Shown here: positions 1 to 8,577 of the stretch, piece by piece
Numbering within the stretch: position 1 is the first letter of the stretch
How the letters are laid out: each line of letters starts with the position of its first letter
NCBI GenBank assembly: GCA_014323835.1
Contig: JACONH010000004.1
Span: 12,500-76,499, forward strand
DNA: 64,000 nucleotides
Reading direction: 5' to 3'
DNA from: Alphaproteobacteria bacterium GM202ARS2
GTDB lineage: Bacteria > Pseudomonadota > Alphaproteobacteria > GM7ARS4
Made by a program: the position numbers and the translations under genes
Notes under the pieces: generated by a model
Database searches by the model: none
What the model was told of the DNA's origin: nothing
What the model saw: only the letters and a program-made list of their open reading frames with translations

Positions 1-945
1 GGACAAGGCGCGATTGTGGTGATGGGCTTGGACGGAGCAATTAAGGCGATGATTGGCGGACGTAACTATCGAGACAGCCAATTCAATCGAGTCAGCCAAG
101 CACAACGGCAACCGGGCTCTGCCTTTAAGTTGTTCGTTTATTTGGCAGCTTTAGAGGCGGGAGTCGGGGCAGAAACCAACGTACTCGATGGGCCGGTGGC
201 TTTGGAAGGATGGACGCCTAGTAATATCGATGGCACGTATCGAGGGGACGTCAATGTGCGGCAGGCTTTTTCTTTGTCGCTGAACACGCCGGCGGTGCGT
301 GTCAGCGAATACATCGGCAGAGACAAAGTCATCGATATGGCGCGCCGTTTAGGGATACAGACGCAGCTGGTGGCACACCCGTCGGTGGCTCTTGGGGCGG
401 TGAATGTTAATTTATTGGAGTTAACATCGGCTTATGGGGTTGTAGCGAATGGTGGCAAACGTTTTGCGCCGTGGGGTGTGGCGTTGGTGCGGTCGCGCAA
501 TGGCACGAAGGTTTACTATCGCAACCAGCAGGCAAAGACTCTACGTACCCTCGTTGCCAAGAAGCATAGCCAAGGGATGATTGATTTATTGAGGGATACG
601 GTGCGCCGGGGGAGCGGACAGGGGGCGAGTCTGTCTCGTGGCGTTGCGGGCAAGACTGGCACGAGTCAAAACTTTCGGGACGCATGGTTCATTGGCTTTA
701 CGACTGATTATATCGGGGGTATCTGGCTGGGCAACGATGACGAAGAAGCCATGCGTAACGTGACCGGGGGTAATCGGGCTGCACAGCTGTGGCGGACTGT
801 CATGCAAGAAGCGCATCAAGGCTTTCCGCCGCGCTTTTTTGCTGATAACGAGTCGCCCGCACGTATCTCGCGTGTGCCTGATGTCTCGCCATCCATGGGC
901 ACGAGAGGCCCCATAGGCACGCTCATGGAAAGATTGGGCTTATAG
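1..945 (+). CDS. Class A penicillin-binding protein (PBP1A family), C-terminal transpeptidase part; 5' end lies outside the window
   Basis: RQPGSAFK (SxxK), SLN (SxN), GKTGT and DAWFIG motifs; frame is open from base 1. Confidence 0.9.
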   Translation, partial: GQGAIVVMGLDGAIKAMIGGRNYRDSQFNRVSQAQRQPGSAFKLFVYLAALEAGVGAETNVLDGPVALEGWTPSNIDGTYRGDVNVRQAFSLSLNTPAVRVSEYIGRDKVIDMARRLGIQTQLVAHPSVALGAVNVNLLELTSAYGVVANGGKRFAPWGVALVRSRNGTKVYYRNQQAKTLRTLVAKKHSQGMIDLLRDTVRRGSGQGASLSRGVAGKTGTSQNFRDAWFIGFTTDYIGGIWLGNDDEEAMRNVTGGNRAAQLWRTVMQEAHQGFPPRFFADNESPARISRVPDVSPSMGTRGPIGTLMERLGL

Positions 946-954
946 GAGGGGTCG

Positions 955-1605
955 TTACAGAGCCCGCAGCGCGTCCCGTAGCTCGCTGACCGATACGTTG
1001 TAGGGAAAATAGTCGATGAATTGGCCGTTGGGTGCCATCAAATAGATGAAACTGCTGTGATTGATAAGATAGGATGGCTCTGTTTGGTGGTCGTGGTGCG
1101 CATGGTGGTCGGTGTGGTGGTGGTCATTTTGGGGTGTCTGTTTTTGTGCGTAGACTTTGAAGATGTGGTAGGCGTGTTGCAGTTGGCTCTGTGAGCCTGT
1201 GAGCATGACGATTTCGGGGGCGAATTGTTGGGCGTAGGCTTGCATGCGTTGGGGGGTGTCTCGTTTGGGGTCTGTGGTGATGAAGAGGGGGATGATGTTT
1301 TTGCGTTGGGGTGCGTCAAGGGCGTTGAGGGCGGCGGTGATGGAGGCAAGGGCGACGGGGCAGACATCGGGGCAGTGGGTGAAACCGAAAAAGACGAGGG
1401 CGTGCTGGTTGCCATAGTCGGCAAAGTGGCGGCGCTTGCCGTGTTGGTCTGTCAACGTGAAGGGCACACCGCCGATGAGGGCGGTTTGTTGGGCTGAGGG
1501 ATGGGGATGATTCTGGTGAGTCGTCAACAACGCCCAGCCGCTGAGGGCGGTGAGCATGAAGGCAGCAACAATGCCAGCGATAAGGTATGACTTGGGTTGT
1601 ATCAT
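955..1605 (-). CDS. SCO family copper chaperone (SCO1/SenC)
   Basis: FFGFTHCPDVCP (CxxxC), DPKRDT and YLINHSS motifs; N-terminal TM segment. Confidence 0.92.
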   Translation of the reverse strand: MIQPKSYLIAGIVAAFMLTALSGWALLTTHQNHPHPSAQQTALIGGVPFTLTDQHGKRRHFADYGNQHALVFFGFTHCPDVCPVALASITAALNALDAPQRKNIIPLFITTDPKRDTPQRMQAYAQQFAPEIVMLTGSQSQLQHAYHIFKVYAQKQTPQNDHHHTDHHAHHDHQTEPSYLINHSSFIYLMAPNGQFIDYFPYNVSVSELRDALRAL

Positions 1606-1621
1606 GGTGTGGGTATAAGCT

Positions 1622-2437
1622 TTAGCGTGTATTTTGTAAATAAGGTTTGATTTTTTTTCTTAAGCTGGCGTTGCCGCTGATAAGGATAATGGCGGGGGGT
1701 GTTATGGTTAGGTTGGTGCAGGCAGCTAGGGTTGTATCGGTGATGGTTTGTTGGGGCAGGCTGGCGTTGCTGATGATGGTAACAGGGTCGTCTTTTTTGT
1801 AGCCGTTTGTGAGGAGGTGTTGGGCGATGGTGGGTAGGTTGTGTGTCGCCATATAGAGGGCGATGGCGTTGGGGGGTGAGGGCAGGGAGGGCAAAGGGGA
1901 GGGTAAGTGGAGGGTTGTGTCGTGGCGTGTGCCGGTTAGGAACGTGATGGCGGCGTTTTCGTTGCGGTAGGTGAGGGGCAAGCCGGCGTTGGCGGCGGCG
2001 GCGGTTGCGGCGGTGATGCCGGGGATGATGCGCAAGGTAATGTGGGCGTTGGCGAGGGCGAGGGCTTCATCGCCGCCGCGGGCAAACAGCAGGGGGTCGC
2101 CGCCTTTGAGACGGGCCACACGTTTGTTGGTGCGGGCGTGCGCGATGATATGCTCGTTGATGGTGGACTGCGGCATCGAGGCAGAATCGTGGTGGCGTTT
2201 GCCCGTGCGGATAACTTGCGTTTTTTGGGGTATCAGCTTTAGGATAGCTGGGCTGACCAGCGCGTCATGGAGGATAACATCGGCATGAACGATGGCGTAT
2301 AGGGCTTGTATGGTGAGCAAGGTGGGGTCGCCGGGGCCCGTGCCGACCAGCCAGACCTCGCCTTGACGGAAGGGCGGTAGGGCAGCATCGGGGGCAAGGG
2401 GGAGATGGGCAAGCAAGTCGGCAGGAGATGATGGCAT
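1622..2437 (-). CDS. cobA: Uroporphyrinogen-III C-methyltransferase
   Basis: VWLVGTGPGDP, RLKGGDPLLFARGGDE and IPGITAA motifs. Confidence 0.92.
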   Translation of the reverse strand: MPSSPADLLAHLPLAPDAALPPFRQGEVWLVGTGPGDPTLLTIQALYAIVHADVILHDALVSPAILKLIPQKTQVIRTGKRHHDSASMPQSTINEHIIAHARTNKRVARLKGGDPLLFARGGDEALALANAHITLRIIPGITAATAAAANAGLPLTYRNENAAITFLTGTRHDTTLHLPSPLPSLPSPPNAIALYMATHNLPTIAQHLLTNGYKKDDPVTIISNASLPQQTITDTTLAACTNLTITPPAIILISGNASLRKKIKPYLQNTR

Positions 2438-2526
2438 AACGAAGGGGAAGAGTGGTGCAACAACAACGGCAATATAGAAAGCGGGGGCTTTTTGTTATAG
2501 ACGCAGTTCGCCCTTTGGTGCAAATC

Positions 2527-3069
2527 ATGCTGGTTGTGGCGATGATGCTGATGGGCGGGGCGCGAGTGGCTTGGGCAGGAGGCGACGGGGCGCGCTTCGA
2601 GGATCTCTTGTTTTGGAACGCTGTACGGGCAGGTAAAATGGCAGATATTGCTCGTATGGTCGAAAGCGGCGAGTCCCTGAATCGCTTGGACAGAAACGGC
2701 ATGACGCCCTTGTTGTATGCGGTGCAGCTGAAAAATGGCGAGATGCTGGCGTATATTCTCGCTAACGAAGTCAATATAGAGCAAGCGGGCCCGTCGGGGG
2801 ATACGGCACTGATCCATGCGGTGCGGCATGGCATGGTGGGCATGGTGGATATGCTCCTGCGGGCGGGAGCGGACATCAACAAGCAAGACCGCTATGGGGT
2901 GACTCCGTTGATGAAGGCGGTGGAACATGGCCACGCGGCGTTGGTGAAAAAACTGCTCATGGAGGGGGCATCGATGGCTATCACGGATTATACCGGGCGA
3001 GATGTCCTGTATTATGCCGACAACCAAAGAGACGGACGGATGCGCCGCTTGCTACGAGAACATCGTTAA
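2527..3069 (+). CDS. Ankyrin repeat protein with probable signal peptide (alternative start at 2452)
   Basis: Repeated GxTPL/GDTAL...A...G ankyrin motifs; hydrophobic N-terminus ending AWA. Confidence 0.85.
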   Translation: MLVVAMMLMGGARVAWAGGDGARFEDLLFWNAVRAGKMADIARMVESGESLNRLDRNGMTPLLYAVQLKNGEMLAYILANEVNIEQAGPSGDTALIHAVRHGMVGMVDMLLRAGADINKQDRYGVTPLMKAVEHGHAALVKKLLMEGASMAITDYTGRDVLYYADNQRDGRMRRLLREHR

Positions 3070-3087
3070 TTTTATATAGTTTATACA

Positions 3088-3207
3088 GTTGCAAATCGTT
3101 ATTATTCTGTTATAGGTTTTTATGGGGGGATGAATTGAGGAATTAACGTTGCAAATCGTTATTATTCTGTTATAGGTTTTTATGGGGGGATGAATTGAGG
3201 AATTAAC
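3088..3207 (+). repeat. Perfect tandem duplication of a 60-bp unit (3088-3147 and 3148-3207)
   Basis: gttgcaaatcgttattattctgttataggtttttatggggggatgaattgaggaattaac occurs twice and ends 1 bp before ATG 3209. Confidence 0.97.
3149..3200 (+). promoter_or_regulatory. Putative sigma70-type promoter plus RBS of the Hsp70 operon (present in both repeat copies)
   Basis: TTGCAA, 16-nt spacer, TATAGG preceded by an extended TGn, then GAGG upstream of ATG. Confidence 0.5.
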
Positions 3208-3208
3208 A

Positions 3209-4039
3209 ATGATGTTTGTGCATGGGGCTGTATGGCGAATTGTGTTGGTGGCGGTTGCGTCATTGTTGCTTATGGTGTTGGCTTATGTTGCCGTTTCGCA
3301 TGATTGGTTCGAGGGAGTTGGCAGTCGTATCGTTTTCGATAGCCGGACGATAGTCACGATTGCCAGCTTGCTCATAGCCTTTGTGTCTTTGGGATTATCC
3401 TTTTTCCTTTATCGGGGCAGGAGGGTTGCCTTCACTAAGGGGGAGCATGCCCTTATGCCTGAGGCATGGTTGCCAACGTTGCAGGACGTTAGTCGTGGTA
3501 TTCAGGGGCAGACAGATTTATTGAAAAAGCTTGCGCGCCATCTTATTGACACCTTTTCTGTTCAATCAAAAGAAATGAGCGATATTAAGGATATGCTTGG
3601 AAAATTTCGGCAAGCCTTGGATAAAAAAGATGAGGAGATAGAGCGTTACAAAAAAGGATACGACCAGCAAGTATTTGTTAAGTTTCTTAGGCGTTTTGCT
3701 AAACTACAAAAAGTGGTGGACGAATCTATCAAGGGTTTCGAGCAGGATTCGTCTCAAGCCAAAAAAGGCTTGGATAATATAAAAGAATTGCTCAGTTATG
3801 CTCTCGTAGAATGTGATGTTGTCGCTTTCAGTCCAAAAGTGGGCGAGGATTGGACAAAACTGGCAAAAGATGAGGTAGAAGATAACCCTGTAACTATTCC
3901 TACCAATGACCCTCAGCAAGACCAGATTATTGCTGAGGTGGTGTCAGTTGGATACAAGTTGGACAACACCGAAACGCCTGTGTTTATTGTGCCAGCTCGA
4001 GTCAAAATTTATGTTTATCAATCGGAGGAATCATCATGA
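3209..4039 (+). CDS. GrpE-like nucleotide exchange factor with two N-terminal TM helices
   Basis: Two hydrophobic helices, a coiled coil, then a GrpE-like head (FSPKVGED...IAEVVSVGYKL...VPARVKI); ATGA overlap with Hsp70. Confidence 0.75.
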   Translation: MMFVHGAVWRIVLVAVASLLLMVLAYVAVSHDWFEGVGSRIVFDSRTIVTIASLLIAFVSLGLSFFLYRGRRVAFTKGEHALMPEAWLPTLQDVSRGIQGQTDLLKKLARHLIDTFSVQSKEMSDIKDMLGKFRQALDKKDEEIERYKKGYDQQVFVKFLRRFAKLQKVVDESIKGFEQDSSQAKKGLDNIKELLSYALVECDVVAFSPKVGEDWTKLAKDEVEDNPVTIPTNDPQQDQIIAEVVSVGYKLDNTETPVFIVPARVKIYVYQSEESS

Positions 4040-5601
4040 GCGCATATATCGGTATCGACTTAGGCACAACATTTTCTGCCGCCGCCACCCTTGACGAGAC
4101 GGGTAGACTTGTCATGATTAAAAATCCTGATGAACAACGTAGTGATAATCTGCTTCCATCGGCTGTTTGGGTTGAGGGAGATGAATTGATTGTAGGAGAG
4201 GAGGCTAGAAAGAGACATCAAAATAAAAGCAGTGGTGGTGTTGCGAGCGGTGATGGAGCCGCAGGATTCAAGAAAGATATGGGGGATTCGAAAATGTATA
4301 AGCTCGCTGATAAAGCATATAGCCCTACCGACCTCAGTGCCGCGGTGCTGAAGAAATTAAAAATGATTGCTGAAAAACAAGTGGGGGATGTTGTTGAGGC
4401 TGTGGTAACCACTCCTGCTAACTTTTCTAATGAAGCTCGGGAAGAAACCATGGCGGCGGCACGTAAAGCGGGATTGAATAGTCGAAATATCAGCAATGAA
4501 CCGACGGCTGCTGCTTTGTATTATGCTGCGACAGAAGGGCAAAATATGCGCGGGACGTATGCGGTCTATGATTTGGGGGGTGGCACTTTCGATGTGTCGA
4601 TTATCCGTATTGATGGGGAAAATATCGAGGTGCTGGCTTCCAATGGCGTGAAAAAGTTAGGCGGCGATTATTTTGACGAGGCACTCATCGAATTGGTGGC
4701 TGATAAATTCAAACAAGAAACTGGCAGAGACATCAATCAAAATCCAGATAATTTAGATTATAGATTGAGTGATGCAGAAGCAGATAAAATTAGTCTCTCT
4801 AACCAACAGACCGTTCTTGCTGGAGGTGGGGAGTCGATAGACGGACATATCATTAAAGTTACAAGGAGTGCCTTAGAAGAAAAAATTTCTTCCTATATTG
4901 CCCAAACCGAGATGCTGTGTGAAAGCACTGTTGAAGACGCGGGCTTGACGATGTCCGATATTCAAGGGGTCTTGTTGGCAGGGGGAAGCACGCGGATGCC
5001 TTGGGTGTCTCGCAGTATTCAAAAGGTTTTTGGCAAGGAACCTATAGTCAAAGCCAATGTCGATGAAGTGGTGGCTTTGGGTGCAGCTTTTTATGTGGCT
5101 TATAAAAACTACGACAAATTAACGCCAACACAACAAGAATTTATTGATAGTGTCATAAAAAAAGGAGGAGTTCAAGAAAGGACGAGCAAGTATTATGGGA
5201 TAATATCTTTGGAGTATGATGAAGCACGTGAAACGGCAGTGTTGGTTAATAGCATTATTATTCATAAAGGGGAAAAGATTCCCTGCTCTCAAACAAAAAC
5301 TTTTTTCACAGTTACGGATGGACAAACGAGTGTTAATTGTAAAGTGACAGAATCGGATAGACCTGTGACTCATGTTGCTTCTGTCGACGACATCGTTGTT
5401 GCGAAAAAACTACTAGGTAACCTGCCACCGAATAGATCTTCTGGTCAGAAAATTGAAGTCACGTTCAGCTATGACGAAAACCAAACCATGCGTTATTCAT
5501 TTGTTGATATCGAAACAGGACTTGAAGTAGGAGGGAGTGTTCACCCCACCAAAGATTCCGGTGATTCGGCATCTGATCTTGGCAAAATTTTAGTGGATTA
5601 A
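4036..5601 (+). CDS. Hsp70/DnaK-family protein, short form (521 aa) without the C-terminal lid
   Basis: GIDLGTT, NEPTAAAL, YDLGGGTFDVS, GGSTRMP, DEVVALGAA motifs; beta-SBD segment (KIPCSQTKTFFTVTDGQT...IEVTFSYDEN). Confidence 0.93.
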   Translation: MSAYIGIDLGTTFSAAATLDETGRLVMIKNPDEQRSDNLLPSAVWVEGDELIVGEEARKRHQNKSSGGVASGDGAAGFKKDMGDSKMYKLADKAYSPTDLSAAVLKKLKMIAEKQVGDVVEAVVTTPANFSNEAREETMAAARKAGLNSRNISNEPTAAALYYAATEGQNMRGTYAVYDLGGGTFDVSIIRIDGENIEVLASNGVKKLGGDYFDEALIELVADKFKQETGRDINQNPDNLDYRLSDAEADKISLSNQQTVLAGGGESIDGHIIKVTRSALEEKISSYIAQTEMLCESTVEDAGLTMSDIQGVLLAGGSTRMPWVSRSIQKVFGKEPIVKANVDEVVALGAAFYVAYKNYDKLTPTQQEFIDSVIKKGGVQERTSKYYGIISLEYDEARETAVLVNSIIIHKGEKIPCSQTKTFFTVTDGQTSVNCKVTESDRPVTHVASVDDIVVAKKLLGNLPPNRSSGQKIEVTFSYDENQTMRYSFVDIETGLEVGGSVHPTKDSGDSASDLGKILVD

Positions 5602-5605
5602 GCTT

Positions 5606-6802
5606 GTGGAAATTCTTATCGTAGCAGCTCTTATTTGGTGGGTGCTTCATATTATTGGCAAAAAAGCGGACAAAATGAACACTGCTGATTCGCAACAGGA
5701 AGAGTCGCATTTACAGCAAACTCATTATCAGCAACCACAAAGAAGGCAGTCAAACGAATTACAAATTCGTATTATTGATAAGACAATTCCTGGCAGGAGA
5801 GCTGCGAGTGCCAAGATTATTGAGATGCGGGGGATGTTTCCGATAATCAAGCACACCAATTTGGGTGTGGTAACGTCTCTGTTGGATGTTACCGATTCGA
5901 CTGACCGTTCCCCTTTGTTTTCGTTCATTGATGATTTACAAGAAGAGAACAGCCATGCTTACCAACATAAAGGAGAAATTGGCAATATGGCTGTCGGTTA
6001 TGGCACTCGAGAGTGGGTTCATGTTGCACTGATTATCCCCGATATGTTGCAACCACCTTATGGTGGAACACGTCGGCTAGAGGTGCGGGTGCGTTTGATT
6101 GACCTCGACAACCCACCTATTATTAAGTTAGGTTTTTTGGTTGACGACAGAGGGGGTATCCTGTGGTCGAGAGCATTGCAATTCGAGCATACGTTCTCAA
6201 TAAAAGGCTATATAGAAAGTGCTGAAAATAGACATAAAGCACAAGCCCTTTCGATTCAAATCGCTATGGCGGTTGCCATGTCCGATGGTGAGCTGCACGA
6301 ATCCGAAGGCAAAGTTATTCACGATTGGGTTGTCAAAGCCATAAGCTCCTTCGAAGGCGATAGAAAAGAAGAACTCAAAAAAATCTATAACGAGGCAATG
6401 AAGACAGCCTATTCCAATCCGCAACCTCTCTTTGAATTGACAGAACAGCTGAATGAGATTGGTGAGAAGAAAACCAAATATGACGCGATAGAACTCAGCT
6501 ACGATGTTATGAGAGCAGATGGTAAAATGGCATCAGGAGAATTAAATATTTTAAGAAAAATCAGCGAGTCTCTGGACATTGACCCCAAAATACTAGAGGA
6601 GATTGAAGGTGAAAAACTCGTCAGAGTCGATGTTTCGCAGCTAGAAGATTATTGTGATAAATTCTTGGGAATTGACTCAAGCTGGGATAAAGAACGTATA
6701 AAAAATCACCTTAATTCTAAGTTTAGGGAATGGAACAATCGTCAAGGTGCACAGGGAATGCTCGACCTTATTGCTCAGTGTCGGAGAAAACATGGCTTAT
6801 GA
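5606..6802 (+). CDS. Membrane-anchored TerB-domain protein with C-terminal degenerate J-like domain (DjlA-like layout)
   Basis: N-terminal TM; paired TerB motifs AVAMSDGELHESE and VMRADGKMASGE; C-terminal FLGIDSSWDKERIKNHLNSKFREWNNR resembles J helices I-II but lacks HPD. Confidence 0.72.
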   Translation: MEILIVAALIWWVLHIIGKKADKMNTADSQQEESHLQQTHYQQPQRRQSNELQIRIIDKTIPGRRAASAKIIEMRGMFPIIKHTNLGVVTSLLDVTDSTDRSPLFSFIDDLQEENSHAYQHKGEIGNMAVGYGTREWVHVALIIPDMLQPPYGGTRRLEVRVRLIDLDNPPIIKLGFLVDDRGGILWSRALQFEHTFSIKGYIESAENRHKAQALSIQIAMAVAMSDGELHESEGKVIHDWVVKAISSFEGDRKEELKKIYNEAMKTAYSNPQPLFELTEQLNEIGEKKTKYDAIELSYDVMRADGKMASGELNILRKISESLDIDPKILEEIEGEKLVRVDVSQLEDYCDKFLGIDSSWDKERIKNHLNSKFREWNNRQGAQGMLDLIAQCRRKHGL

Positions 6803-7862
6803 CGCGGCACTTAAACAGGCAAGGGCGTATGCCGATGTTGTCCGTTACTCAAAAGATAAGGCAACGCATGGGCATATCGTCAGCAGACACCTTATCAAGA
6901 AACAGCAAGATATGCTTTTGCGTTCAAGTCTCTTGATGAGTGAAAGCTTAACGCCTGAGCTATCAAAGAAGTTTGACGAAGTCTGCGAAAAGCTGGGCGT
7001 GCCACGTGATGCTGTTAATGTTTTTATACAAGCCGACTCGACCATTCAGGCGGCGTGTCTCTATAGTTCATCGCATGAGTGTCTGATACAGTTCTCCTCA
7101 GGTCTGATTAACCTGTTAGATAGCGATGAATTTGGTTTTGTCGCTGGACATGAACTCGGGCACTTCTTACTCGAGCATGGTGCTGGTGATTTTCAGAAAG
7201 AATCTATTGAGTATTTTATCCAAAGCCGTGCCCAAGAAATATCTGTAGACCGTCTCGGTCTTATTGCTACAGGCAATCTTGATGCTTCGATGAGTGCTCT
7301 CGTCAAAGCCGCGTCAGGGCTAGAAAATCGTCACTTGCGGTTCGATGTTGGAGCGTTTATCTCGCAGGCAAAAAAGATTTCCCAACCACAAAGAGGAGAA
7401 GGATTTGCCAGCACCCATCCTTCCATATTGACACGATGTCGAGCCTTGTTGTGGTTCTCAACGGATACGACCTATAAAGACTACCCCGTGACCAAACAAT
7501 CACCCGAACTCACAAAACTGAACGCAACAATAGAAAAAGAGCTGAATAAATTTGTCGAGGGACCCATACGAGAAGAAATAAACACAGTCAAAAAAGAAAT
7601 CGCTTTGTGGCTTGCCGCGTCTATCATTATTAAAGATGGCAGATTCGATAAAGACGAGCAACAAAAGATAAAAAATCTATTCGGTGATGTTATCCTCGAT
7701 AAATTAAAACGGTTCTTGTCCGACTCTAACAAGGATACGCTGTCTCATGATATAGCCAACAAGCTTGCTTATAGTAAAAAGAAGCTAGAGCACATGATGC
7801 CGGTCAATTTCGAAAAACTTTATAGCGAGGTAGAGAAATTTATCGCTGAAAAATTGGCATAA
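6792..7862 (+). CDS. M48-family zinc metallopeptidase with possible TerB-like C-terminus
   Basis: FVAGHELGH (HExxH), RAQEISVDR (third ligand Glu) and STHP motifs; GGAG RBS before ATG 6792; overlaps the upstream stop. Confidence 0.85.
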   Translation: MAYDAALKQARAYADVVRYSKDKATHGHIVSRHLIKKQQDMLLRSSLLMSESLTPELSKKFDEVCEKLGVPRDAVNVFIQADSTIQAACLYSSSHECLIQFSSGLINLLDSDEFGFVAGHELGHFLLEHGAGDFQKESIEYFIQSRAQEISVDRLGLIATGNLDASMSALVKAASGLENRHLRFDVGAFISQAKKISQPQRGEGFASTHPSILTRCRALLWFSTDTTYKDYPVTKQSPELTKLNATIEKELNKFVEGPIREEINTVKKEIALWLAASIIIKDGRFDKDEQQKIKNLFGDVILDKLKRFLSDSNKDTLSHDIANKLAYSKKKLEHMMPVNFEKLYSEVEKFIAEKLA

Positions 7863-7976
7863 CAGAGCTTACAATCGGTGGTGTGGCATATTCGTATTGA
7901 AAGATTGCAAAATGGTCAATTGATGTGTTACGACTATAGGCGTGGGGATTGAGAGAGACGATGAGGGGTAAGAGAA

Positions 7977-8186
7977 ATGGTGCAAAAAAAGCCTGAGGAC
8001 ATGACTCTTGAGGAGCTTATCGAGCATCAAAAGAGTCACAAAGTAGGAGAGAAGGAGCTTATCGACCAAGCCATGTCTATTGCCTTGACGGAAGATAGGC
8101 GTCATGGTGGTGATACGTCCTTAGAAGAAATGGAGCGTATAGCGAAAAAAGATAGGGTCACTGGATGTATTAAAAATATATTATAA
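7977..8186 (+). CDS. Small hypothetical protein (69 aa)
   Basis: ATG with a purine-rich RBS (gaggggtaagag); charged helical composition; no recognised family. Confidence 0.5.
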   Translation: MVQKKPEDMTLEELIEHQKSHKVGEKELIDQAMSIALTEDRRHGGDTSLEEMERIAKKDRVTGCIKNIL

Positions 8187-8212
8187 GTATGTTAAATATA
8201 TATTATAGAAAT

Positions 8213-8228
8213 TGTTTCACGTGAAACA
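8213..8228. promoter_or_regulatory. parS centromere-like site (perfect consensus)
   Basis: TGTTTCACGTGAAACA; the palindrome extends to 24 bp (8209-8232). Confidence 0.88.
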
Positions 8229-8310
8229 ATTTTTTTTTTGATAGGGAATAAGCAAAAAACTAGGCTCACTGCCCCCTTCACCCAACGTGTTAAAAACGTG
8301 TTATAGGAAT

Positions 8311-8326
8311 TGTTTCACGAGAAACA
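8311..8326. promoter_or_regulatory. Second parS site (1 mismatch)
   Basis: TGTTTCACGAGAAACA with flanks similar to the first site (tatag.aat / att). Confidence 0.82.
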
Positions 8327-8422
8327 ATTGGGGTGAGTCATGCGTAAAAATAAGTATACTTTAAGTATTCATTCGTGTAAAGTTCACAGCAAGGGCGAAC
8401 ACCACACACACGGAGAAAAGCC

Positions 8423-8572
8423 ATGGGTATGCAAAAATCAATTGCCGCATTCTTAACAACAGGAGCAGGTGCCGCAGCATACTTCGGTTGGGGAGTCCCT
8501 CCCGAATACACAACCGCCGCGGTAACCTTAGCGAGCACCTTGCTCGTCTATCTTGTGCCGAATAAAGGGTAA
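8423..8572 (+). CDS. 49-aa two-TM membrane microprotein A (holin-like)
   Basis: Manual translation MGMQKSIAAFLTTGAGAAAYFGWGVPPEYTTAAVTLASTLLVYLVPNKG; GGAG RBS at 8412-8415; paralog follows immediately. Confidence 0.8.
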   Translation: MGMQKSIAAFLTTGAGAAAYFGWGVPPEYTTAAVTLASTLLVYLVPNKG

Positions 8573-8577
8573 TCGTC

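Noticed and set aside
4036-5601. Calling this gene housekeeping dnaK
   Set aside because: Too short, lacks the lid and DVLLLD linker, is divergent, and sits in an AT-rich block
8160-8340. Replication origin (oriC)
   Set aside because: AT-rich and next to parS, but no clear TTATCCACA DnaA boxes were seen
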